The translations under genes and the position numbers were made by a program. From assembly GCA_964016885.1 (NCBI GenBank), contig OZ024744.1, positions 7,812,001 to 7,876,000 of the forward strand: a stretch of 64,000 bases of DNA. The letters are read 5' to 3'. This document shows positions 26,901 to 38,157 of this stretch, piece after piece. Position 1 is the first letter of the stretch. Each line of letters begins with the position of its first letter. The notes under the pieces were generated by a model, which was given only the letters and a program-made list of their open reading frames with translations, did no database searches and was not told the origin of the DNA. Source of the DNA: Eledone cirrhosa (Eukaryota).

Positions 26901-27258
26901 CGTTACCGACCAGTGGAGCTATGTAGAACGACTATTGTAGCGGGTGGAACCAATCCAGTTGACCACTGAGTCCATTGTCATAATCAAACAGCCACCCTCC
27001 TTCAAAAATGAAAGAGAGGCGGTTTTCCTCTGTATAGTGGCTATGGTGAAAGAGGTTATATGGTGGACGAGGTTGAGAGGACTGAGGATAGATGCCTTTC
27101 TCTCCGGACAACAATTGATTCCATTCTTTAAGTATCACTTTAGAAGGAGAATCAGAATAGAGAGAGAGGCACTGCACCCCAGTAAATTTACTGAAAGGTG
27201 GGTGAATGAAGCGAAAATGGCCCGAGTGATTGGGCCTTCTCTGTTTATAAGCCTGTAG
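23918..27258 (+). pseudogene. ORF2 of copy 1 (APE endonuclease, RT, C-terminal zinc finger)
   Basis: NVRGL, GDWN, SDHK, KSPGLD, FRPITLLN, LDQSKAFDRVDH, YAED, GGLG; several frameshifts. Confidence 0.92.
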
Positions 27259-27724
27259 GTTGAGGAAGAGAGCAAAAGGAAGAAAGGAGCACTTTCACAA
27301 CACGCTCCTGGAGTTTAGGGTTGTTCTATCGACGGGGTATTAAACAACCCATTTGTGACGCCTCCCCCCTATTGGGGATTTCGATTGTTGTAATTGTTTG
27401 TTTTTATATTTTTTACACGACTGTATGTAAAATCCCCGGCATGTGTCTTTGTTTTATCCCCTTTTCTTGTGCGCCCTTGTGGCTAATAAAGAAATATATC
27501 TATGTATCTATCTATCTATCTCTCTTTCTGTCTGACGCGTGGAACATCGCAGGTAAGACTTTTTGTAAATTTATATACGAAAAACAGAACAAATTGTTTG
27601 AAAAAACATATTATTTTGTAGATTAACCCCCAGCTGGGTGGAAATCCCATATTTCGCCCCTCTAGGAGCGAAAGTTTTTTTTAAAATCTTGTTTTAAAAT
27701 ATCAAATTTTACAGACTATAAAAC

Positions 27725-29617
27725 TTGAACAACACAAGAACGCTGGAGAACGTCAATAGAGAAAAGAGAGAGAAAGAGGCGGATATTGACGTTATATCTG
27801 CTTCTGCTACTATGGACGTCGCCATAGAAACGACTGTCAACAAAGAGAAACAAATGTTACCACTCGAAAATTGTACAATTTCTACCGTCGAAGCGGAGAA
27901 AATAACACAAACTCACATGAAAACACAGAAATCAAACCTATTAACATACATACACATGAAAAAGACATCAACAACTCCACAGATACATCTACACATAATG
28001 TTTCACCTCGTCAAGGAACTGAGATTTCCAACACCGAGGCTAACAACGATAACAATAACAACAACAGCAACACCACACAAAAAAAGAAAATGTTTTTCGC
28101 TGAAACAGTGAATAAAAAACAAGATTTTATAAATCTTGATATCTCCAATTCAAGAGATATGCTCCAGCAAGGGAGAAAATTTGTAACTTTCGAAGAAAAA
28201 GGTGGGTTCAAAATTAACTCACCCCTTGAAATAAAGTAAGACACAATTCGCAGATCAGTCACCTTTAGGACTGTGTCCAATTCCACGAGAAAGCCGACAT
28301 TTGTTAGCCAAGCAGATATAGAAGCTACTTTCAAGGAAATTCTAGCAAATAGCGATATTCTCCAGCGATGAAAACAGTACGGAAGTGTTTCCGTACTGTT
28401 TAAAAGCGAGGCACTCGCCCCAAAACATTCTGTGACACCAATGGTGTCAAAAGCATTCACCTTTTTCCCTACATACATGGGAAAAAGGACACAAAAAATA
28501 AAAATAAAAAATATACCCCCAAACAATAACATCTGGTGGATCGTGGCTGGCTTCGTAGAGCCAGAAACTGATATGATTTTTTTCGATACGAAAATCTATT
28601 CGACAAAGGTGGGCGGGTACTGATTTGGAGATTCTGTTACAAATGAAGCCGGAGAGAATCTCCAAAGTACCCGAAAGTGTCGTCATCGATGATAACAACA
28701 AAATAAACATTTCGGTAGAAGGACGAACATTTCATTGCTTTCGCTGTGGTAGCACAGCTCACCTAAAAGCCTCTTGTCCACAAACACACAATAACAACAT
28801 AATTAAAAAAATACTATTACCAACAACAACACCAAAACAACCACCACCACCACAAGTACAACGACAGACGAATCGAGCAAACACACCAAAACAAACAGCC
28901 ACTCAACCGACAACAACAGAAAAAGCAGAGACAACACCCCTGAAGAACACAGCCCCACTCCATCCAACTTCATCAAACACTACCACAAACACACACACTG
29001 AAACACCGCCACCACACAACATACCCCTACCCCACACACCTGACGATGATTATTCATCGACGGATGAAGCTGCTTCTCCTTCTTTAAGTGAAGAAGAGGG
29101 AGAACCGCGGAAATCTAAAAAACAAAAAAGAGACAACACAAAAACCCAAAACTCCAATCACCAACACCAACACACAACCACAGACACAAACAACAACACA
29201 AACAACACCACAGTCAAACATCCCCCTATCAGCAAAACCAGCACCAACACCACCCCAAACACAAGCACCCACCATAAAAAGAAAACTCCCGGACGAACAA
29301 CAAACTAAAACAACACAACAATACGCATACATCAACACAAACAACAAGAGTTTGATGGAGGTCATCTCCCAAAACCCCAAGGTGAAGACGGAGGCAAAAC
29401 TTTCGTCAAGGCAGAATCGTCTCTACACCTTAAACTTATAAGGGTTTCTATGGAGACCTATAGTGACCTAAAAAATAAATTTTCATAGGACGTGGGCAAC
29501 CCCTGCCACAAACCCATCAACCGCGTCCTGTTAAAATGTTTCCCCACCCCACTCAACACCCCATCCAGCACCCAAATGGAGATTGAACAGCTCGATCTCC
29601 AGGAAACGAAAAGGTAA
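27725..29617 (+). pseudogene. ORF1 of copy 2 (zinc knuckle CFRCGSTAHLKASC)
   Basis: Fragments homologous to copies 1 and 3, ending MEIEQLDLQETKR*. Start position uncertain. Confidence 0.85.
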
Positions 29618-29658
29618 GTGCACCTTTCGTCCTTTTTCTCCAACTCTTCTTCACCAAC

Positions 29659-32600
29659 ATGGCTAGTTTACGAGTTGGAAGCGTGAATGTTCGTGGCCTA
29701 GGGATGCCCTGGAAACAGGGCCAACTTTTAAACGACCTTAGGTCACACGGTATGGATGTGATAGCCATCACCGAGTCCAGGATCCACAACAGGCAGCAAC
29801 TAACGCCCATCTTCGACGACTTTGAGATCTACGCATCTCTCTGTCAGCCAGGAGGTGGAGGTGGAATGGCTGTCATGTTTCGGAAGAACCTGGACGTCGA
29901 AGTACAACAAGTACACTTGGACCCGGAGGGTCGACTGGTAGTCCTAGACGTGAACAGTATTGGAGGTGGAGCCTTCAGACTGGTGGTCGTTTATGCCCCG
30001 ACCGGGCAATCGCAATCACGGCCAGACTTCTTTAAGCGTCTAGAGTCTTTTCTGGGAACGTCTCGCTCCTTACTTTTAATGGGGGACTGGAATGGTATCC
30101 TAGATGCACGATCGGACTATGTGGGAGCATGTCCCAGTAGAGCGGGGTGCAACAGCTTCAAAACTTTAATCGGCCAATTCCAACTGGCCGATAGGTATCG
30201 ACTGGATTTCCCGACTGCACTACAGTGGACGTGGGCAAACCGCATAGACAGGGACCCGGATACTGGAAGCTGAACGTGTCATTGCCGGCACGTAAAGCTT
30301 ACAGTGAACGGATAAGTAGACTAGTCAAAGCAACAGTTAATGGGAGCCATCGTCAACAATAGATGGTGGTACTCTCTCAAGAAAGCAATTAGAATAGAAT
30401 CTATAGGGTATAGCAGAGAGTTAGCCTTAGAGAAAAATAAAATAGAAAGAGAACTAGCAGCCAAGGTAGAGGAGGCACTTAGAAGTGGCAACGCGGCTAG
30501 AGTGTTAGCGTCGAGAACGGCACTGGACCAGTTCTTCGATGCGAAACACGAAGGCTGTGTGGTCAGAAGCAAACCATGTGCTCTAGGAAACGAAGGAGTG
30601 AAAGCTGTCAGCTGGGCCCGACTGGCGGAGGCAAAAAGAGGTAACAAGTCCACGATTCGGTCTTTGAAAGACCAAAACGAACGCGTGCTACTTGACCCCA
30701 AGCAAATGTACGCGGCCTTTCAGCGGCACTTTGCGCAACTGTTTAAGCAGAACGACGGTGAGCCGAACGGGGCAATGGACTTTAGTTCATACCTCGACGG
30801 CCTGCCGCATCTCTCGAACACCGACGCCGAGTTCTGCGAAAGACCGATCACGGACACTGAGATACGGGACGCTCTGGGCCACTGCGGGAAACGCAAGTCA
30901 CCCGGTCTAGATGGTCTACCCTACGAGTTTTACATATGCATGCCGGTCTTGTTCTCTGGCGTCCTCGAAGCCGTCTACTGCAATTGGCAGCAGAACGGGA
31001 GAATTCCCAGTTCTGCAGGCGAGGGCGTAGTAACGCAGATCAGGAATGACGAGAACAAGGGGGACGAAATGAACAACTTCAGGCCCATAACTCTGCTCAA
31101 CACAGAGTTAAAGATTTTGGCCAAGGTGCTAGCGACGAGATTGGCGCTTGTCGTCGAGAACCTGGTAAGGAAAGCACAAACGTGTGCAATCCCGACCAGG
31201 TCCATACACGACAACCTCCACCTCATGCGATACATCATAGAGAGGGTGGGTAGTAAACCCGGCTTCGCTGGGGCTCTGATCAATTTGGATCAGTCTAAGG
31301 CATTCGATAGGGTCGACCATCGATACTTGGAAGCGGTTCTCAAGGCGGCCGGTTTCGCTCCCGTGTTCAGAGGCTGGATCGAGGCGATGCACACCAGCAT
31401 CTGCTCGAGGGTCAAGGTGAACGGCTACCTATCGGAGCCGTTCGCAATCACTCGTTCCATTCGACAGGGGTGCCCTCTCTCCTCCATTATGTATGTATTG
31501 ACTCTAGAGCCACTACCGCGGAAATTGGAGCTGTTGCAGGGCATCCCTCTAGAACCGCGACTGCGCAAAGCAGCGTCGGCTTATGCCGACGACGTGACGG
31601 CACCTCGGAAATCGGGGTAATCGGCAACTTACTGAAAGAATACGAAACGCTGACGGGAGCAAAACTAAACCCGGTAAGTGTGTCGGTTTGCAACTCGGTA
31701 CGTGGAGAGGCAAACCGATGACGTCCGACAGCGTCGTAGGACGCTGGACGGACCGGTGAAATTGCTCGGGGTCTGGTTCGGTCCAGACATCCAGGTGGAG
31801 AAAAACTGGAACGAGGCCACGGCCATGGTGTTTGCACTCACCCAGAAATGGGCAGAGTGCAAACTGTCCTTGAAAGGTCGAGCGGAGGTGGCGAACACTT
31901 TCATAGCGTCCGTCATCTACTACCGCTTGACTGTCGTGCCTTGTCCCCGTGAACACCTCGTCAAGATGGAACGCATGCTCTTCCAGTTTCTGTGGAAGAA
32001 GCAGGCTCCGCTGGTGAGGAGATCCGTCTGCTGTCAGCACCGTTCCAACGGAGGGCTGGGAATACCGTGGCTGATGATGCGCAAACATGCGCTGAGGCTG
32101 CGGCATCTCCAGGTATTCCTCACCGACCCCCAACCGGTGTGGGCACCGTTTGTGAGACAGGCTTTCCCGCAGCCCGTCTCGTTGACGGAGCTGCAGTCCT
32201 GGGTCAAGAAAAGACCGAAAACGATGGGCGCCTGGCACATTGAATGCGCACATTGAATGCGCTCCATTTCGACATTCTATGGAGGGATTGTACGTTAAAA
32301 GGGCAACGACGTGCTCGGAGAGACTCTGGCCGTCCAAGACGATGAGCTCACCAGTCTGTTTGGTAGGACTCTCCGCCTGGGACCTATGGACAACTTCCAG
32401 ATGTCCCAGGCCTGGCAGTGCTACCGAGGAGCTCTACCAGTTCGTGACAAGATCTACAGGCACGGACGACGCGTCAGGGATCCTTCTCAGAGGACGTGTC
32501 CAAGATGCGCGCAGAACATTGAAACCGTCCTGCACGCAATTGTACACTGTCCGGGCGTAACCGACCTGTGGAATTAGACAGAACAACTGCTGTCGTATAT

Positions 32601-32913
32601 GGGACAAATCCAATTGACTGCCGAGTCCATAATAAAGATCAAACCACCAGCCTCTTTCAAAAACGAAAGAGAGGCGGTTTTCCTCTGTATAGTGGCTATG
32701 GTGAAAGACGTTATATGGTGGACGAGATTGTAAGGACTGAGGACAGATGCCTTTCTCTCCAGACAACAGTTGATTCCCTTCTTTAAGTATCACTTTCGAA
32801 GGAGAATCAGAGTGGAGAGGAAGGCACTGCACACCAGTAAATTTACTGAAAGGTGGGTGAATGTGGCAAAAATGGCCCGAGTGATTGGAACTTCTCTGTT
32901 TATAAGCCTGTAG
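29659..32913 (+). pseudogene. ORF2 of copy 2, with an internal deletion at the end of the endonuclease
   Basis: NVRGL, GDWN, RQGCPLS, YADD, CPRCAQNIETVLHAIVHC. The SYLDR..SDHK segment is absent near 30243. Confidence 0.92.
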
Positions 32914-33363
32914 GTTAAAGAAGAGAGCAAAAGAAGGAAAGGTGCACTTGCACAACACGCTCCTGAAGTTGAGGGTTGTTCTATCGACGGGGTATTAAAC
33001 AACCCATTTGTGGGGCTTCCCCCCTATTGGGGATTTCGTTTGTTGTAATTGTTTGTTTTATTTTTTTTACACGATTGTATGTAAAATCCCGGCATGTCTT
33101 TGTATTTTCCCCTTTTCTTGTGCGCCCTTCTGGCAAATAAAGAAATCTATCTATCTATCTATCTTCGTGGTTGGTAGACGTACATTACTTCGCTCCGAAT
33201 TTTTTACTGATTATTGTTCAAAAACTGAGTTCATTGTTCAATTTGTTAGTATTGTTTAGTTTAACCCCTTGTCTGGGCCTTCAGATGTTGAGTTAACTAA
33301 TTTTCGCCCCTTCTTGGGGCGAAATTTTCATCTCAAAAATCTGTGTAGACTTGGTAGTCAATA

Positions 33364-35137
33364 ATGGATGCCATTTCAATCTCGCACACTGTAGTGAGTG
33401 CCATGCCCACTAAGAAAAGTGGTGGAGAGAAGGTAGGAGTACAAAGTTTGCAGCCTTCCCCCCTCGCCTTATCGAAAAACGTTGTAAATATTGCAACCAC
33501 GGAACCAAACCCGGTAAATAATACCAGCACCAACAACAAGAACAATGACGATAACACCACAACCAACAACTGCAACAATAACAACACCAAGGAAAATATG
33601 AACAACATCAACAACAGTGACAACAACAGCAACAAAAAAGACAACAACACCAAAACAACCTTCGCACAAACTGTAAAAAAAACAGAACTATACACGCCAA
33701 TTGACATAACTAATGCAAAACAAATACTACAAGACGCAAAACAATACGTGACTTTTGGACAAAACGGTGCTTTTAGCATCAATTCTCCACAGGTATTACA
33801 TAGAAAGGCTGTCCTGAAACTGTGATTTTCAGGACAATATCTAACGAAACTAGAAAACCAGCTCAATTATCACAAAATGAATTGAGCTGGTTCTAAAAGA
33901 TGCAATGAAGGACATAACCTTCATCCAAAGAGGAAAACTGTTTGGTAGCATTTTGGTGCTAATGAATGACCAGCCAACGGCACAAAAATACGCTGTATCA
34001 CCCATTTGTTTCCCCCGTTTCACCTTTTTCCCCACATACAGGGGAAAAAGGACACAAAAAATAAAAATTATGAGTATCACACCAAATGTAAATATTTGGT
34101 GGATACTATGTGGATTCATTGATTTTGAGGAAGACAGGATAATCTCAGTAGGAAAGTCCTCCGGGGGTGTATTTAGTGGGACTAGCGTAGAAGTTCTGGT
34201 GCAAATGAGCCCAGAACGATAAGCTAATATCCCACAACGCGTGTCTCTGGATTCTGGATGGGCTAACCTATATAAACATTTCAGTGGAGGGTAGGCGGCC
34301 GTCATGTTACCACTGCTTAAACACGGGTCACCTGAGGGTTGCCTGTCCTCAATTAACGAGGCTCTTCTGCCAACCCCGAACACAACAACACAACCACCAC
34401 CACCACAACAACAACAACAATAACCACAACAACACGGAAAATAACAACACAAGACACTGTCCCACCCAACCCCTCGCCACCTAAAACAAATACAAAAGCA
34501 ACCACAACAAAATCCCAAAATATACACCTCCTCAACAACACAGAAGAGGACTCCGTATCAACGTCACCCAGTGATGACGAGGGAGAACCCTTCCAACAGG
34601 TGAAAATAAAAAAAGAAGGCACCACATTAACAAAAATGCAACAAACACACAACCACCAGCACAAACAGAACAAACATCACAAACAAAAAAAAACACCCCT
34701 CCCCAAAACATAACACATACTACAAAACGCAAACACGCACAAGAACAACAAACAAAAACAAACACAACACAACAAAAATACTATACATACATTAACAAGA
34801 ACAATAAAACTTTGATGAAAGCATTAGACAATAGCCCTTCGGTGGAAACCGAAGGGATCACTTTCATCTACGTAGCGGGCAAACCGCACCTAAAGATGAT
34901 TAGAGTCCTAATGGATACCTATATAACACAGAAAAAGAACCATCCAATGGATGTGGGGGCCTCCTGCACCAAACCACTTAACCGCCACCTATTGAAATGT
35001 TTCCACACCCCACTAAACACCCCAACCCCACCACACACTGATGTCCTCACCCCACCACAAACCTCACCCCACCAAACAACCCTTCCAACACCCCCATGGA
35101 AATTGTGCAGCTTGGTCCCCGGGAGACGAAGAGGTAA
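33364..35137 (+). pseudogene. ORF1 of copy 3 (zinc knuckle CYHCLNTGHLRVAC)
   Basis: Fragments closely similar to copy 1, ending MEIVQLGPRETKR*. Confidence 0.85.
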
Positions 35138-35178
35138 GTAATTTCCTTTCCTCTTCCTTTTAACTCTTCAGCACCAAC

Positions 35179-38157
35179 ATGGCCAATATAAGAGTTGGAT
35201 GTGTGAATGCACGCGGCCTGGGTATGTCCTGGAAACAGGGCAAACTCTTAAATGACCTCAAGTCGCACAGAGTGAATGTAATGGCTATTGGCGAGTCCAG
35301 GATCAGCAGCGAGCGCCAATTGGCCCTCATCTCCGACAACTTTGAGATCTACGCATCTCTCTGTCAGCCGAGGGGTGGGGGTGGGTGGTTGGCGTTCTGC
35401 TGCGAAAACACCTGGGTCTTGCCACACAGAAGGTACACCTAAACCCGGAGGGTCGACTGGTGGTTCTAGACGCCGGCAGTAGTGAAGGTGGAGCCTTCAG
35501 GCTGGTGGCAGCGTATGCCCCATCTGGGACACCGCGACCGGACTTCTTCCGACGCCTAGAAACTTTTCTGGGAACGTCTCGCTCCTTGCTTTTAGTGAGG
35601 GACAGGAATGGTATCCTGGATGCACGTTGGGACTATGTAAGGGCATGTCTCGATAGAGGGGGGTGTAACAGCCTCAAACGGTTAATCGGCCGATTTGATC
35701 TGGCCGATAGATATCGACTAGATTTTCCGACTGTGTCACTGTGGACGTGGACTAATCTCAGTGGAACATCTAGGTCGTACCTAGATAGGTTCCTAGTTAG
35801 AAATAAGGATAGGGACATATTAAGCTGTCCACGAATGTTTATCGTTGACTATTCGGATCACAAGTTGGTGACCGCAGTGGTCAACCTTGATAGAAGCCAT
35901 AGACAAGGACCCGGTTACTGGTAGATAAACTTGTCCTTACCGACAAACAAAGCTTAAAGTAAGCTGATTAGCACTCTAGTTAAGCAGCGGTTGACGGGGG
36001 CAATTGTCAACAGCAGGTGGTGGGGCTCTCTCAAGAGAGAAATTATAATAGAATGGATAGGTTTTAGTCAGGAATTAGCATCAGATAGAAATAGAACTGA
36101 AAGGGAATTGATAGATAGAGTAGAAGAGACGATTAGGAGTGGCAACGTGTCCGGCGTGCTGGCGTCAAGGACGGCCCTAGACCAGTTCTTTGACACGAAT
36201 CACGAGGACTGCGTTGTCAGGAGTAAAATACGTGCTCTGGGTAACGAGGAAGCCAAAGCTGTTAGTTGGGCCCGAGTGACAGAGGCAAAAAGTGGAAACA
36301 AGTCCACGATTCGGTCTTTGAAGGACCAGGATGGACGCGTGATCCTTGAACATGAGCGGATGTGCGTGGCCTTTCAACGGCGTTTTGCACGACTGTTCAG
36401 GAGGGGCGGCGGGCCGGGTGAGGCCATGGATTTCGATCCATACCTCGACGGTCTGCCGCGGCTCTCGGACGGGGAGGCGAAGTCCTGCGAAAGGCCGATT
36501 TCAGCCGCTGAAATAGGGGAAGCGCTGAGCCAATGCGGCAAACGTAAATCTCCGGGTCTCGATGATCTACCATACGAACTTTATGTAGCGATGCTGGACT
36601 TGTTCTCCGGTCTCCTCGAGGCGGTCTACTGCAACTGGCAACAGAACGGGATAATTCCAAGTTCTGTGACCAAGAGCGTAGTCATGCCGGTGTGGAAGGA
36701 GAGAGAATAAGGGGGATGACATAGATAACCTCAGGCCCATAACTCTGCTAAACACAGAGTTAAAGATTTTGACAAAGGTATTATCGAAGAGGGTGGCGCT
36801 TGTCGTCGGGAACTTGGTGGGAGAAGCGCAGACATGCGCAATCCCGTCCAGGTCCATACACAACAACGTCCACCTCATCCGATACATCGTAGAGAGGGTA
36901 GGGAACGACCCAGCTTTGGTGGGGCCCTGATCAACTTGAATCAATCTAAGGCGTTCGCGTAGGGTCGACCATCGGTACCTGGATGCGGTGCTCGAGGCAG
37001 CAGGCTTCGGACCCGTTTTCAGGGGCTGGATTGCTGCAATGCACAGCAGCAACAACTGCTCAAGGGTAAAGGTGGACGGTTACCTCTCGGAGCCGTTCCA
37101 AATCACGCGATCCATCCGGCAGGGATGCCCTCTCTCCCCCCTTCTGTATGTGCTGGCTCTCGAGCCACTACTGCGGAAGTTGGAGCTGTTGCAGGGCATC
37201 CCCTTGGAACCGGGATTGCGGAAAGCGGTGTCGGCCTACGCCGATGACGTGACAGTAATGGTGTCGTGCGCCTCGGAAATCGGGAAGATCGGCACCTTAC
37301 TGGAGGAATACGAAAGGTTTACAGGAGCCAAGCTGAACCGGGACAAGTCCGTCGGTTTGCAACTCGGAACGTGGAGGGGCAAACCGATGCCCTCCGACGG
37401 TGTAGCTGCTCAGGGTCTGGTTCGGAACGGACCTCCAGGTGGAGAAAAACTGGGACGAGGTAACGGGAAGGGTGTTTGCACTCCGCCCAGAAGTGGGAGG
37501 AGTGCAAACTATCCCTGAAAGGTCGAGCGGAGGTGGCGAACACTTATATAGCGTCCGTCATCTACTACCGCTTGACCGTCGTACGTTGCCCAGCGAAAAC
37601 GCTCGCGAAAATGGAGCGCGCGCTCTTCCGATTCCTTTTGAAAAAGCGGGATCCTTTGGTGAGAAGATCCATCTGCTGTCAACACCCTTCGAACGGAGGG
37701 CTGTGGATGCCGTGGCTGACGGTGCATAGACACGCATTAAGGCTACGGCACCTCCAGGTATTCCTCACCGGTCATCCGGTGTGGGCTCCGTTTGTCAGGC
37801 GAGCCTTTCCGAGACTCGTCTCACTCACCGAGCAGCAATCCTGGGTCAAGCAAAGACCGAGAAAAGTGGGTGACTGGCACATTGAATGTGCCCAGGCGCT
37901 CACGGCCCTCTGGCAAGTGGATCCGGCAATCAGTGGGGACTCAACCTCAACATTCTATAGAGGGTTGGTGCGCAGCAAATGCAATGACGCTCTTGGGGAG
38001 GCTCTGGGCATGGAGGAAGACGAGCTAGCCAGTCTGTTCGGTAGGACGTTTGGCCCGGGACCGATGGACAACTTCAAAAATTCCCTGGCTTGGCAGTACC
38101 ACTGAGGAGCTCTACCCGTTCGGGACAAGATCTACAGACACGGGCGCTCGGGTAGGG
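35179..38157 (+). pseudogene. ORF2 of copy 3 (APE and RT)
   Basis: NARGL, SYLDR, SDHK, KSPGLD, RQGCPLSP, YADD; stops and frameshifts. Confidence 0.92.

Larger units (their letters stand above)
22041..27494 (+). mobile_element. Tx1/L1-clade LINE copy 1, full-length and decayed
   Basis: 5'UTR, ORF1 with zinc knuckle, ORF2 with APE-RT-zinc finger, and 3'UTR ending AATAAAGAAA followed by (TATC)n. Confidence 0.93.
27521..33145 (+). mobile_element. Tx1/L1-clade LINE copy 2, near full-length, with a more divergent ORF1
   Basis: Same layout. Preceded by (TATC)n at 27497-27520 and ends AATAAAGAAA followed by (TCTA)n. Confidence 0.93.
33165..38157 (+). mobile_element. Tx1/L1-clade LINE copy 3, 3'-truncated at the satellite
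   Basis: Same layout. Homology to copy 1 stops at GGTAGGG (38157), just before the C-terminal zinc finger. Confidence 0.93.

Noticed and set aside
22260-37733. Antisense ORFs over the Tx1 copies (for example 31549-32337, 262 aa)
   Set aside because: They are shadows of GC-rich or AAC-rich coding sequence, with no motifs and no consistent conservation across copies.
21953-38157. Telomere-maintaining retrotransposon array of the HeT-A/TART or TRAS/SART type
   Set aside because: No (TTAGGG)n is present, and ordinary genomic sequence continues beyond the 5'-most element.
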